From IMG/VR virus record IMGVR_UViG_3300045996_000667, positions 27,546-91,545 of that record: 64,000 bases of DNA; one strand, 5' to 3'. Below, piece by piece: positions 9,424 through 18,872 of this stretch (the stretch's first letter is position 1; each line of letters opens with the position of its first letter). The DNA comes from a virus. Taxonomy: Duplodnaviria; Heunggongvirae; Uroviricota; Caudoviricetes. The translations under genes and the position numbers were made by a program. Below the pieces are notes generated by a model that saw only the letters and a list, made by a program, of their open reading frames with translations, was not told the DNA's origin and did not search any database.

Positions 9424-9669
9424 TTGGCCCGTCAAATCGCACCAAGGCTCGCCAACGGCGAAACACGTGAACCTCTCTACAACGGCCTGCCGCCGGCCAT
9501 CAAGCAAGGCATCGACGCCATCGCCAAGGACGAAAACAAGTCGCGCTCGTGGGTCATCGAGGAGGCCCTAGTTGATTATTTCCGGCTCGCCCGTCTACTC
9601 GGAAGAAAAAAGTACATCATTCCTTCTACGTGGAAGAAACCGACCCGTCGGAAGCTCATCCGGCCATAG
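9424..9669 (+). CDS. ribbon-helix-helix (CopG/Arc-like) DNA-binding protein
   Basis: TTG start; 'SRSWVIEEALVDYF' is an RHH signature. Confidence 0.55.
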   Translation: MARQIAPRLANGETREPLYNGLPPAIKQGIDAIAKDENKSRSWVIEEALVDYFRLARLLGRKKYIIPSTWKKPTRRKLIRP

Positions 9670-9695
9670 CCCTGATGTGCTACCATGTCAGCCGG

Positions 9696-10054
9696 ACTCG
9701 ATGCAGATCCGGCTGGAAATCACAGAGCGTCCGACATCGCGTAAGGCCCCGTCATTCGCTGCTACACCTGAGCGCCTGATTGAGGCTGTCATGTCGACCG
9801 CACCAGGGGGAGAGAACGATGGCAAGGCCGTCAAGTTCGTCAGCGATGACACGAACCTGACACCGCTCCGTCTCAAGATTGCTTACCTCTGCAATAAGGC
9901 GGGCCTCAAACTGCGCAGCCAGAAACTGAGGCCGCTCAACCGCAACATGCGTCGTCAAAAGGACCCCTACGAGGTCCTGCTTTGGGTGGAGGCACCGCGT
10001 GGAACTGGACCTGACCAACCTGACCGTGAAGAAGATTCGGAAAATGACACGTAA
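9696..10054 (+). CDS. hypothetical protein
   Basis: ATG at 9696 within track ORF 9572..10054. Confidence 0.45.
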
Positions 10055-10208
10055 GGAAGCCAGCGACGAAGGCTGGGACGACTACGAAACCAGATCGGTG
10101 ATAGAATTCTCGGACGGGACGCTGATCTACGCGTCTCGAGACGAGGAAGGAAACGGTCCAGGCGCGTTGTTCGGAAAAACCAAGGACGGCAAAGCGTTCT
10201 CACTCTAA
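9999..10208 (+). CDS. hypothetical protein
   Basis: ORF track; alternative ATG at 10044. Confidence 0.35.
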   Translation: MELDLTNLTVKKIRKMTRKEASDEGWDDYETRSVIEFSDGTLIYASRDEEGNGPGALFGKTKDGKAFSL

Positions 10209-10218
10209 GGAAGGTGTC

Positions 10219-10416
10219 ATGGCTGTCGAAACTGCCAGCGCTATTACGTTCTCTGAGGCACGGACAGTGTCAGTCTTCCTGCACGGTCGATTCCATGGGA
10301 CTATCGAAACGATGGGATCACGCTTCGAAGCTGCCACCAGAAGCCAGGTCGCCAAGGAATTCAGCGACTTCGACTCAGCCATGTCTTGGATCATCGATGA
10401 CATTCACGGCGACTAA
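10219..10416 (+). CDS. hypothetical protein
   Basis: ORF track. Confidence 0.45.
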   Translation: MAVETASAITFSEARTVSVFLHGRFHGTIETMGSRFEAATRSQVAKEFSDFDSAMSWIIDDIHGD

Positions 10417-10431
10417 TACACAAGGATTGCT

Positions 10432-10839
10432 ATGAAAGGTTGGCCGCTAGTTCATCCACAGGACGACGGCATTCGACCGGCAGGACCGCCTGACGAGTGC
10501 TTCTACTGTCACCAGAAGGTCGGAAAACCGCATAGCCCTGAATGCGTCATCGTCACACGGCGCGTCAGGGTCAGATACACCTTCGACATCGAGGTTGACG
10601 CCCCCTACCACTGGGACAAGGACGACTTCGAGTATCACCGCAACAACTCGTCCTGCCAGAACAACATGATCGATGACGTAGCTAACTACGCTGCGAACCT
10701 GGCCGATGAGTGCATGTGCGGCAGAGCGAACGCCGAGTTCGTAGGCGTTGTCGACAACACACCACGGCGCGAGACACGTTCCGACGACAACCACCCTGAC
10801 ATACCTTCGGAGTTCAAGACCACTGGACCTGTGCATTAA
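10432..10839 (+). CDS. hypothetical protein
   Basis: ORF track. Confidence 0.5.
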   Translation: MKGWPLVHPQDDGIRPAGPPDECFYCHQKVGKPHSPECVIVTRRVRVRYTFDIEVDAPYHWDKDDFEYHRNNSSCQNNMIDDVANYAANLADECMCGRANAEFVGVVDNTPRRETRSDDNHPDIPSEFKTTGPVH

Positions 10840-10841
10840 CG

Positions 10842-10870
10842 TTGACAAACACATGAATCTTGTGTATCAT
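10842..10870 (+). promoter_or_regulatory. sigma70-like promoter TTGACA-N17-TATCAT
   Basis: TTGACA at 10842, TATCAT at 10865; the GTG start of the next gene lies about 7 nt downstream, implying a leaderless transcript. Confidence 0.55.
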
Positions 10871-10876
10871 GGGTGA

Positions 10877-11242
10877 GTGATCGAAGATAAACTTACGAAA
10901 TTGTATCGGTCGTTCGTCCTCAAGAACAGCGACAAGCAGCAGCAGCTGCTCCATCTCCCGTGGGAGTGGGTGCTCTGTTACACCGAGGATAGCGAGGCCG
11001 ACTTTCGTGAGGTCCAGCGCGGCGTTCTTAAGCTTGAACTGCTCGACAAGACAGTCAAGGCTCGAGACAAGCGCTACAAAGTTGTCAGGCACAACGGGGC
11101 GGGCTGGACGAGCCTGCCCCGCACGTGGCTCCGCGACCGCAAGGCCAAGGACGGTGACACCGTAGAACTCTGGTTCTCTGACAACGCCACTCGCCTTTAC
11201 GTGATACTCAAGAAGCGGGAAGATGCTGTCAGCAGAAAGTAA
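10877..11242 (+). CDS. AbrB/MazE-like (swapped-hairpin) DNA-binding protein
   Basis: C-terminal '...WTSLPRTWL...DGDTVELWF...LYVILKK' resembles the SpoVT/AbrB fold. Confidence 0.5.
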   Translation: MIEDKLTKLYRSFVLKNSDKQQQLLHLPWEWVLCYTEDSEADFREVQRGVLKLELLDKTVKARDKRYKVVRHNGAGWTSLPRTWLRDRKAKDGDTVELWFSDNATRLYVILKKREDAVSRK

Positions 11243-11795
11243 CGAGTTCACCAACGGAACCAAGAAGCTCGGGGCTATCAACACATTCACCGGCAAGCGG
11301 TTCAACATCCTCGACCCGCAGCCTGACCAGATTGACATTCGTGACATCGCTGCTCACCTGTCAAAGCTATGCCGGTTCACAGGCTCCATTCGCTTTCACT
11401 ACTCGGTAGCGCAGCACTCCTACTACGCTTCCATGTTCTGTCAGCCTGGTTATGAGCTGGCCTGTCTGCTCCATGACGCCGCCGAGGCCTACATGAACGA
11501 CTTGAGCAGGCCGATCAAGCACGTGCCTGAGATGATCTGGTACCGCGAACAGGAACACAAAGTCTGGTCAGTCCTAGCCGACGTGTTCGGCCTGCCAGAC
11601 CCGCTGCCGCCGCACGTCAAGGAAATCGACAACCGCCTCGTCTGCACAGAAGGCTGGCAACTCCAACCGCATCCCAACCCTGACCACTGGTCATTCGCTG
11701 AGCATCTTCCACTGGCGATAGAAGAATGGACACCACGAATCGCGGAACAGATGTTTCTCCAGCGCTACTACCACCTGACAGCAACCCACTCGTAA
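11223..11795 (+). CDS. HD-domain phosphohydrolase (YfbR-like 5'-deoxynucleotidase)
   Basis: 'VAQHSYY...LLHDAAEAYMNDL' H..HD..E motifs. Confidence 0.65.
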   Translation: MLSAESNEFTNGTKKLGAINTFTGKRFNILDPQPDQIDIRDIAAHLSKLCRFTGSIRFHYSVAQHSYYASMFCQPGYELACLLHDAAEAYMNDLSRPIKHVPEMIWYREQEHKVWSVLADVFGLPDPLPPHVKEIDNRLVCTEGWQLQPHPNPDHWSFAEHLPLAIEEWTPRIAEQMFLQRYYHLTATHS

Positions 11796-11956
11796 CAGAG
11801 TTCTTCGAGGCACTAGAAGACTGGTCAGGATGGATGGACATGAACATCTGGTGCAGAGTGTGTGAGGAAGTCGTTCTGAAAAAGGTATATTGGTCGGACG
11901 ACATAGACGTATATCACTGCACAGTGTGCAAGAACGAAGTAACGGCAACGGCATAA
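11726..11956 (+). CDS. EFFxAL/zinc-ribbon family small protein
   Basis: 'LVTEFFEAL...CRVCEE...CTVCKN'; conserved part begins at the upstream TAA (11795); no canonical start there. Confidence 0.45.
   Translation: MDTTNRGTDVSPALLPPDSNPLVTEFFEALEDWSGWMDMNIWCRVCEEVVLKKVYWSDDIDVYHCTVCKNEVTATA
11917..11931. repeat. palindrome variant CTGCACAGTGTGCAA
   Basis: One mismatch from consensus. Confidence 0.7.
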
Positions 11957-11957
11957 C

Positions 11958-12437
11958 ATGGCTGACATCGGACGAGGCGACGGGTGGTGGCACAGGTGGT
12001 TCCTCGGCCTTGCCCAGTATTATTCAACGGCTTCCAAGGACCCGTCGACCAAGGTCGGAGCTGTCATTACTGACAGGCGCCGCCGCATCGTGGGGACCGG
12101 CTTCAACGGCTTCCCACAGGACATGCCTGACCGGACTGAATGGCTCAATGACAGGGCTGAGAAGTACTCTCGCATCATCCACGGCGAGGTCAACGCCCTG
12201 ATTATGGCTGGGTTCAGCGTGCCGGATGGCTCAACGCTTTACACTTGGCCGTTCATGCCCTGCGACCGCTGCGCTGTTATGATGATTCAGGCTGGCGTCA
12301 AACGGTTCGTCGCCCCAAGAGCCACTGCAGACCAGCTCGAGCGTTGGGGGCCTGCATTCATTCAGACAGAGGCCATATTGAAAGACTGCGGAGCGGAACT
12401 CATCCTTATGGAGAACTCATTTGCCGAGACGATTTGA
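11958..12437 (+). CDS. dCMP deaminase
   Basis: 'HGEVNAL' and 'PCDRCAVMMIQAGVKRFV' zinc-binding motifs. Confidence 0.85.
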   Translation: MADIGRGDGWWHRWFLGLAQYYSTASKDPSTKVGAVITDRRRRIVGTGFNGFPQDMPDRTEWLNDRAEKYSRIIHGEVNALIMAGFSVPDGSTLYTWPFMPCDRCAVMMIQAGVKRFVAPRATADQLERWGPAFIQTEAILKDCGAELILMENSFAETI

Positions 12438-13113
12438 GCAACCCACAGTCAACGTAGGTAAGCTCGGAGGCCGCGACGACACCGTCGAGACTCACCCGTG
12501 CTACGCCTCGATCGGCGTCAGCAGGGTCAGCGGACACGCCGTCCTTTTCAACTCAGGGTTCCCTCAGAACCACTACCTGACCATCAGGATCAGCGCTGCA
12601 GAACGCCACAGAAACCTGTCAAACGACTGGATTTTCGCTAGGAAGCAGTATATCGAGGTCGCCCTCACCGAGTCCCAGTGGGCCACGTTCGTCAGCTCAC
12701 CGAACACAGGCAGCGGTGTCCCCTGCACTCTGCACTACCTTCAGGGCGAAGACATCCCTCAGCTCCCTGAGCCGCCGAACAAGAACAACGAGTTCCGGCA
12801 TGAACTTAGCAAGGAGATGTCAGACGCGAAGGCAGACATCGCAGCTCTTGCCCAGTTCGTACGAGAGGCCAAGATGGCCAAGTCGACGCAGTCCGAGATC
12901 GAACGTCGACTGACGGCTATCGCTGCCGGCATCTCGGGTTCAATTCAGTTCGTTGTCGACCAGTTCGATGAGCACATCGAGAAGAAGGTTGAGGAGGCCA
13001 AGACAGAAGTCAACGCGTACCTCCAGGCAGTCATTACCAACGTGGGCATCGACGCTCTAAAGGCTGGAGCTGAACAGGCGAAGCTTGTAGGACAAACACA
13101 TACACAAGGATAG
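12421..13113 (+). CDS. hypothetical protein (C-terminal coiled coil)
   Basis: ORF track. Confidence 0.5.
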   Translation: MPRRFEQPTVNVGKLGGRDDTVETHPCYASIGVSRVSGHAVLFNSGFPQNHYLTIRISAAERHRNLSNDWIFARKQYIEVALTESQWATFVSSPNTGSGVPCTLHYLQGEDIPQLPEPPNKNNEFRHELSKEMSDAKADIAALAQFVREAKMAKSTQSEIERRLTAIAAGISGSIQFVVDQFDEHIEKKVEEAKTEVNAYLQAVITNVGIDALKAGAEQAKLVGQTHTQG

Positions 13114-13170
13114 TTTGATTCTCATCAAATTGCGACGTGACAATTCTGTTACAATTCGGGTGACCACACA

Positions 13171-13500
13171 ATGACGGTACACTTCGAAACGCTCGCTGAG
13201 AACATCCGCAAATGGATCATCAAGGTTAGGACTGACAGGTCTATCAGTCAGTCGGGACTGGCGAAGCTGTCATCGATGAGCATGGGCCACATGAATCGCA
13301 TCGAGAAGGGCGACACCAGCAACCTAAGCATTAGGACCCTTGTTAGGATTGCCAACTCTCTCGACCACGACGTCCGTATTGAGTTCGTAAAGCGCCGCAA
13401 GAACGACGACGACGAGAACGAAACGCCATCAGCCATAATGCATTACTCTGCACTCCTCTGTCTGATAGAGCTGGTTACCGTTGCCAGCCATATCCTATGA
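13171..13500 (+). CDS. HTH XRE-family transcriptional regulator
   Basis: 'QSGLAKLSSMSMGHMNRIEKGDTSNLSIRTLVRIANSL'; direct repeat ACAATTC x2 just upstream. Confidence 0.65.
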   Translation: MTVHFETLAENIRKWIIKVRTDRSISQSGLAKLSSMSMGHMNRIEKGDTSNLSIRTLVRIANSLDHDVRIEFVKRRKNDDDENETPSAIMHYSALLCLIELVTVASHIL

Positions 13501-14042
13501 ACGACACCATCATACTTGCCAGTGCGGCCAGTTTCGCAGCCGAGGCCCACAAGGGCCAAGTCCGTAAGGACCTGAACGAACCCTACATTGTCCATCCTCT
13601 CAGGGTTGGACACGCCGCTGCCAAGCTTGGCATGACTGTCAGCCAAGTCGCAGCTGCGTATCTCCACGACGTGGTCGAGGACACCCCGACACCGCTGCCC
13701 ACGGTGTACAACCTGTTCGGCCAGGAGATTGGCGACCTTGTCAAGGCCCTGACAAAGCCATGGCGGGATGAACATTCCCCGTCAGACGTTGACAAGGATG
13801 CCTACTATCACCTGATCCTCAACACGCCAGGCGCGCTCGACCTGAAGATGCTGGACAGGATTGACAACCTGAACGACTTCCGAAGGATGGCCGCCGCGTC
13901 AGTCGCTGGCCACAAGTGGGCAGAGAACTACGCTCGCAAGACTCGCAAGGAGTTCGCACCGCTGGTAGCCACCTATCGGGCCGGTGCCAGAATGCCACTG
14001 CTCTACCAACGCGCGCTCGAGATTCTCGAGGAGGCTCTGTAA
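13497..14042 (+). CDS. small alarmone hydrolase (RelA/SpoT-type HD (p)ppGpp hydrolase, Mesh1-like)
   Basis: 'HKGQVRK...PYIVHPLRVG...AAAYLHDVVEDT...KMLDRIDNL' matches the RelA/SpoT hydrolase motifs. Confidence 0.75.
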   Translation: MNDTIILASAASFAAEAHKGQVRKDLNEPYIVHPLRVGHAAAKLGMTVSQVAAAYLHDVVEDTPTPLPTVYNLFGQEIGDLVKALTKPWRDEHSPSDVDKDAYYHLILNTPGALDLKMLDRIDNLNDFRRMAAASVAGHKWAENYARKTRKEFAPLVATYRAGARMPLLYQRALEILEEAL

Positions 14043-14134
14043 ATGTTCTCGTGGCTATGGAGACTGTTTGGCCTCGGAGTGTGCGACAGGAACAGCGGGT
14101 CAACTCCCCACCCGCGTTGGGATAGCTGCAAGAA

Positions 14135-14398
14135 TTGGAGGCGGCTGTAATGGATATTAGACCTGAAGCCGTGTTCGTTCTGACATTGACTGAAAAAGAC
14201 TACAAACTTCTGTCAGCATGCGTAGCGGTCTGCGCCGGCGTAAAGGGCGTCAGGGTCAACCCCAAGGAGGCCCACGACATGAACCTGAAGATGACTGGAG
14301 TCCGTGAGGCGCACGCCGCTCAGCAGCTAGAGATTGCTCAGGCCGCCCGCCAGCGAGCGCTTACGCACGATCCCATCGACACTCCAGACCTTGGCTAA
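14135..14398 (+). CDS. hypothetical protein
   Basis: ORF track. Confidence 0.45.
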   Translation: MEAAVMDIRPEAVFVLTLTEKDYKLLSACVAVCAGVKGVRVNPKEAHDMNLKMTGVREAHAAQQLEIAQAARQRALTHDPIDTPDLG

Positions 14399-14480
14399 CT
14401 ACACATCGGTCTGCATAGACCATCGCTTCGTCTCCAGAAGCTTATCGCGCCGCTGCCCTCAGTGCCCAGCCACTGACACC

Positions 14481-14741
14481 ATGGAAACTCTATGGCCAGG
14501 TCTGACAGCTCCTGGCCGTTACGACGACAAAGGCTGGAAGAAGCTGGCATCGGCCCTGTTAAGACGTAGGCAGCAACGGAAAGAGATAGCAGAACGTCAG
14601 GCTAGGGATGAATTCAATCGCGGACTGCAATACCGGATCGTTAACCCACTGTCCCGTCCCGTTAAACCCGAACAGTGCCGGCCAGCCAAGCGCCGCGCCC
14701 AGAAAAGACAGCGGGAATTCTGGGACTCGCTTACGAAATGA
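14481..14741 (+). CDS. hypothetical basic protein (C-terminal REFWDSL)
   Basis: ATG at 14481 in track ORF 14334..14741; ATGA coupling at 14738. Confidence 0.35.
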   Translation: METLWPGLTAPGRYDDKGWKKLASALLRRRQQRKEIAERQARDEFNRGLQYRIVNPLSRPVKPEQCRPAKRRAQKRQREFWDSLTK

Positions 14742-15064
14742 ACAAAGACCCTCAGTGGTTTCGAACAGCCACAGGCATGGAGCTGTCGGACTTAAGCGGG
14801 CTACCAGAGTGGTTCTTTAACCGCCTGACGTATCGTATCTCCTTTGGCGTCAGGTACATACTAAAAGACCCCTGCGTTTACTGTATGCGCCGCATGCCGG
14901 CGAAACACAGAGGCCGCAAGGGTATTGGCCGCGACCACATAGTACCAAAATCGCTAGGTGGCCCTGACAGCTGGACCAACAGAGCGCCAGCATGCCACAA
15001 ATGTGACGCGCTCAAGGATCACCAGCCACTTTTAGTCTTCCTAGTTCGTAATCCATTAGCCTAA
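14738..15064 (+). CDS. HNH endonuclease
   Basis: 'CVYCMRR...DHIVPKSLGG...N...CHKCDALK'. Confidence 0.7.
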   Translation: MNKDPQWFRTATGMELSDLSGLPEWFFNRLTYRISFGVRYILKDPCVYCMRRMPAKHRGRKGIGRDHIVPKSLGGPDSWTNRAPACHKCDALKDHQPLLVFLVRNPLA

Positions 15065-15091
15065 TACAATAGCTAACCGACTAGCATCTAT

Positions 15092-15106
15092 TTGCACATT
15101 GTGCAA
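15092..15106. repeat. palindrome TTGCACATTGTGCAA
   Basis: Intergenic, about 25 nt upstream of the 15118/15123 start. Confidence 0.9.
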
Positions 15107-15122
15107 GAGATAATAGTCATGC

Positions 15123-16109
15123 TTGCCACTAAAAGGTTTCAAATGTCCTGCTGGGACTCCTACTGAAGGTAACGAGAACAGCTTCGACCACTGCGTCAAC
15201 GTCTGCCCGCACCGCTGCCAGCCTCGCGGTGTCCTTAAGGTTATCGCTGACAGGGAATCAGGCAATGAGCACGCTGGAGACATGCTCAGCCCGACAGCCA
15301 TGTCAGGCTGCCCACGCAAACTCAAGCTGACACGCACTGTCGACTACTATGAGGAGCCGCGCAAGCTCTACTGGGCCACGCGCGGCGCCCTCTACCACGC
15401 CTTCCTCGAAGCTGAGCTCCCAGACGTTGTCCAGGAGACGAGGGTCTATAAGTACATCACCAAGGGGCCAATGGCTCCATGGCTCATCTCTGGCCGCATT
15501 GACTACTATGACAGGCTGCTCAAGCGGATCGAGGACTACAAGACCAAGGCTGACAAGGCCCTAACCTACCTCTACAAAGAGGATCCAGACGAGCAGTATG
15601 TCTGGCAGTTGAACGTCTACCGATGGCTCCTACACGGTGGCCACATCGGCAGCAAGGACGGCCCGCAGATCTTCTGGCCGGTCGAGTCGCTCCAGTTGCA
15701 CTACCTGTTCATGGACAGGGTTATCAGCACTGGCGTGCCATTCGTAGAGACTATCAGGCAGAAGACCTCGCCCAACTACGGCAAGAAGTATCGCAACGAA
15801 GTCAAGGGTTCCCGTAAGGCTGCGGGCACCAACGAGTGGGGCTATACGAACTGGCAGTTCACTATCAAGGTGCCAGACGTTCCAGTCTACTCCTACGATC
15901 AAGTCGAAGAATACCTCATCGAGCGCGGGCCTAAGCGGCGGCGCGGGTTCGCTGAGCCTGATTACATGCCAGATGGCGTGATCGGGGATCCCGACAAGGG
16001 TTGGGAATGCCGCTTCTGTCCAGTGACCCGTGAGTGCAAGGCTTACGAGGACGCTAAAGCCATTCAGTCTGCCCAGACTGACGACGGCTTTCAGGGTTTC
16101 TTAGGGTAA
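15123..16109 (+). CDS. Cas4/RecB-like PD-(D/E)xK exonuclease with Fe-S cysteines
   Basis: 'GRIDYYD...IEDYKTK' nuclease core; C-terminal 'CRFCPVTRECK' (Cx2Cx5C). Confidence 0.6.
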   Translation: MPLKGFKCPAGTPTEGNENSFDHCVNVCPHRCQPRGVLKVIADRESGNEHAGDMLSPTAMSGCPRKLKLTRTVDYYEEPRKLYWATRGALYHAFLEAELPDVVQETRVYKYITKGPMAPWLISGRIDYYDRLLKRIEDYKTKADKALTYLYKEDPDEQYVWQLNVYRWLLHGGHIGSKDGPQIFWPVESLQLHYLFMDRVISTGVPFVETIRQKTSPNYGKKYRNEVKGSRKAAGTNEWGYTNWQFTIKVPDVPVYSYDQVEEYLIERGPKRRRGFAEPDYMPDGVIGDPDKGWECRFCPVTRECKAYEDAKAIQSAQTDDGFQGFLG

Positions 16110-16118
16110 GGCAAGTAA

Positions 16119-16805
16119 GTGTCAACAGGTTTTGAAGGTTTCAAAGACGACCGCGAAGTTTTCGTGAAGTCGACCCGCGACAAGCGGATGCTCGCCCAAG
16201 GCCAGACGTCAGTCTCGACTGTCGGCTTTGATGATTTCCGTAAGGGATATTTCCTCGACCTCACCAACAAGCGTGAAGTCGGCAAGTCGATGGACGTGGT
16301 TGTGCTGCGCGTCGACACCAAGCGCGTGCTCTTCTACGACAAGAAGAACCCAGCGCCGCCTGGCCACAAGGGGCCTCGCTGCGCCTCAGATGACGGCATT
16401 CTCCCGTCGGCTCGCATCAAGAACCCTCAGGCTGACGAGTGCGCCAGTTGCGAGTTCGCCAACAAGGACATGGTCTACACGGTCATTGCTATGGACGTGA
16501 ACGACACACGATCCAAGAGCGAGCCGATCATCTTCGAAATCGAGTTCAAGAGCACGCAGCTGAAGATCGTCCGCGCCTTCGTGAAGTCCATCCAGGACCG
16601 CAAGAAGAACGCTCGAGACTACGTGGTCACCATGAAGTCGGAGATGCAGGAAGCCGTAAAGGACGGCCAGAAAGTAACCTGGTATGTGCCGCGCTTCGAC
16701 AGCATCGCTCCGGTGCCCAGCGACGTCAAGGCTGAGGTCGAGGCGGCGTACAACTCGGTCAGCGGCATCCTGCCGATCGAGGAAGACGAGGAACCGGCGT
16801 TCTAA
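16119..16805 (+). CDS. hypothetical protein
   Basis: ORF track. Confidence 0.55.
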   Translation: MSTGFEGFKDDREVFVKSTRDKRMLAQGQTSVSTVGFDDFRKGYFLDLTNKREVGKSMDVVVLRVDTKRVLFYDKKNPAPPGHKGPRCASDDGILPSARIKNPQADECASCEFANKDMVYTVIAMDVNDTRSKSEPIIFEIEFKSTQLKIVRAFVKSIQDRKKNARDYVVTMKSEMQEAVKDGQKVTWYVPRFDSIAPVPSDVKAEVEAAYNSVSGILPIEEDEEPAF

Positions 16806-17017
16806 TGGCTGACAACAAGGTCGTCTATCAGGGTCCTAATTTTCTGACCCTCCTGCTCCTCCTGTTCATAACCCTTAAGCTGACAGGCCATATCACGTGG
16901 TCATGGTGGCTAGTGCTCGCCCCTCTCTGGGGCAGTATCCTATTCGCCCTAGGCTTCTTCCTCGTGGCCTGCATCATCGTCGGCATCGGTATCTCGAAAC
17001 GCGGGCGGCGCTGGTAA
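16805..17017 (+). CDS. small 2-TM membrane protein
   Basis: Hydrophobic 70 aa; TAATG coupling to the next gene. Confidence 0.5.
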   Translation: MADNKVVYQGPNFLTLLLLLFITLKLTGHITWSWWLVLAPLWGSILFALGFFLVACIIVGIGISKRGRRW

Positions 17018-17646
17018 TGGTAGCGCTAGCAGTCAAGGACAATCGGGCGGCCTACGTCAAGGACCGCCTGATTCAGATCAATAAGCACGCTGCCAGCATC
17101 ATCATCGAGTCTGGCACCCTGCTCAGGGAATACAAGGCTAACGGCTACGCCAAGGAGGACGGCTTCTCGTCGTTCGATGAGGCTATCGAGGCCTACCATT
17201 CCTCGGGGCTGCTTGACTACGGCGCTCGTCAGGCACGTTATCTCATCTCAGTCGTGGACATGGTTGACAACCTGTCCATCCCGGCAGAGAAGGTCGAGCA
17301 GATCGGCGTGAGCAAGCTGCGAGAGATCGCCGGCGTTCCTGGCGAAGGCGACAAGAAGGCCCTACTGGACAAGGCTGACAGCATGTCAGTGGCGGAAGTC
17401 CAGAAGGAAGCGAAGAAGCTGCGCGACAAGGCCCTCGGCAGGGAGTCAGACCCGCTCATCGTGACCGTGCTGAAGACGACCGAGTCTCAGCAGAAGATGT
17501 TCAACGAGTGCATCAGTGAAGCTCGCCGTATCTACGCGCTACCAGAGGAAATGTCAGAGGCGTCAATCCTGGTCGACGTCATCCTGACAGCTTGGTTCAA
17601 CGTCAGAGAACTACTAGAAGCCGAACAAGTGGAGGCCAGCCTGTGA
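17017..17646 (+). CDS. hypothetical protein
   Basis: ATG at 17017 within track ORF 16897..17646. Confidence 0.55.
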   Translation: MVALAVKDNRAAYVKDRLIQINKHAASIIIESGTLLREYKANGYAKEDGFSSFDEAIEAYHSSGLLDYGARQARYLISVVDMVDNLSIPAEKVEQIGVSKLREIAGVPGEGDKKALLDKADSMSVAEVQKEAKKLRDKALGRESDPLIVTVLKTTESQQKMFNECISEARRIYALPEEMSEASILVDVILTAWFNVRELLEAEQVEASL

Positions 17647-17861
17647 CAACGCTGTTCTTTATTGTGGTTATCCTGTGGGTTCTTACCTCTTTCTGGGGAT
17701 TGCACTGGCGCGCCGCTGCGCTTCGCGGCGACAGGCATTACTGGCAGTTGTCCGAGTACTGCAACAAGGTCACCGGAGAACTCCTCGCAATCAAGCTGAC
17801 ACTGGACAGCTACAACGCCTGCAAGGCTAACAAGAAACCTGCCAGCTCCTCAAAAACGTAA
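17644..17861 (+). CDS. small membrane protein
   Basis: GTG at 17644 within track ORF 17592..17861; N-terminal TM. Confidence 0.4.
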
Positions 17862-18158
17862 GAAGGTTGTCCTCACTGGGGACGCCTACCGACAACTGAC
17901 ACGGCGAGTCCTAGCCAGAGATGGCTGGGCTTGCCGTAGGTGTCAGTCCCGCCAGAATCTGCAAGTCCACCACACCTTCTTCAAGCGGTCCAATCTCAGG
18001 ATCGATGAAGACTGGAACCTTTGCACATTGTGCAACGTCTGTCACGACCTGGTAGAAAAACACAAGGTTCTTGTGCTTGGCAGCGACTGCAATGCTGTGA
18101 TACACTTCCGCTGGAGAGAGCATGCCGTACACGAACGGGAACACGACGACTCCCGCTG
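17800..18158 (+). CDS. HNH endonuclease ORF lacking a canonical start codon
   Basis: Open frame '...LARDGWACRRCQS...LQVHH...N...CTLCNVCHD' after the TGA at 17797; no ATG/GTG/TTG until codon ~75; +1 frame relative to the upstream gene. Confidence 0.45.
18021..18035. repeat. palindrome TTGCACATTGTGCAA
   Basis: Inside the HNH ORF. Confidence 0.9.
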
Positions 18159-18682
18159 ACTGGAGTGGGGCCTTCTTCAAGCCAGACATCGAGAAGCTCA
18201 TCAAGAAGTACTCTGGAAAGGGCGGCAGGAGAAAACTCGCAGGGGCTATAGCCCTGAACGCATTCGTCTACCGTCGATACCCCTACCCAGCCGGCTCTCG
18301 AGCCAAGGAGTTCATCCGGCGCGGACGCAAGGGCAAGACGCACCGAACCATGGCCGATGATCCCAAGCCGAAGACGCGGCACACTCGGCAGGACATGATC
18401 GATCTCAAGGCTGTCCAGCGCGTCAAAGTTCGGCTGGCGCTGACAGAGGACGGCACAATCTGGGCGAGGGTCGACATGTTCCTCGACCGACAGAAGGCGT
18501 TCGGTTGGCTGGAATGGAAGGGCGGCTGGCACTTCGTCACCGGAGTCAACCTGAACGACCAGAGGTTCACCATCGAAGGACAGGCAGAAGTATGGCATCA
18601 ACTGGGATTCATGGTCAGGGGAACAGGCGTCAGCCAGACGACTCTCAACTTCTTCCAGGGCCTGAGAATGCTGAAAGAGTAG
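18122..18682 (+). CDS. hypothetical protein
   Basis: ORF track. Confidence 0.5.
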   Translation: MPYTNGNTTTPADWSGAFFKPDIEKLIKKYSGKGGRRKLAGAIALNAFVYRRYPYPAGSRAKEFIRRGRKGKTHRTMADDPKPKTRHTRQDMIDLKAVQRVKVRLALTEDGTIWARVDMFLDRQKAFGWLEWKGGWHFVTGVNLNDQRFTIEGQAEVWHQLGFMVRGTGVSQTTLNFFQGLRMLKE

Positions 18683-18870
18683 AGGACTTCTTTCAGGCTC
18701 TGACACCGTCTATTGAGGACCACTGCCTCAAGTGTAATGGCAATGGCAAACTGCTGCTCGTTGGCGAAGGCCCAGAGGAAGGCGGGCCAACCACACTAGT
18801 ATTCTGCACACTCTGCCAGGAGGTCGACTATTGGGGAACAAAATACATCCTGAGACGTCACGGCATCTAG
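18592..18870 (+). CDS. EFFxAL/zinc-ribbon family small protein
   Basis: 'RVEDFFQAL...CLKCNG...CTLCQE'; motif starts at the upstream TAG (18682); nearest in-frame ATG is at 18592. Confidence 0.4.
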   Translation: MASTGIHGQGNRRQPDDSQLLPGPENAERVEDFFQALTPSIEDHCLKCNGNGKLLLVGEGPEEGGPTTLVFCTLCQEVDYWGTKYILRRHGI

Positions 18871-18872
18871 GC

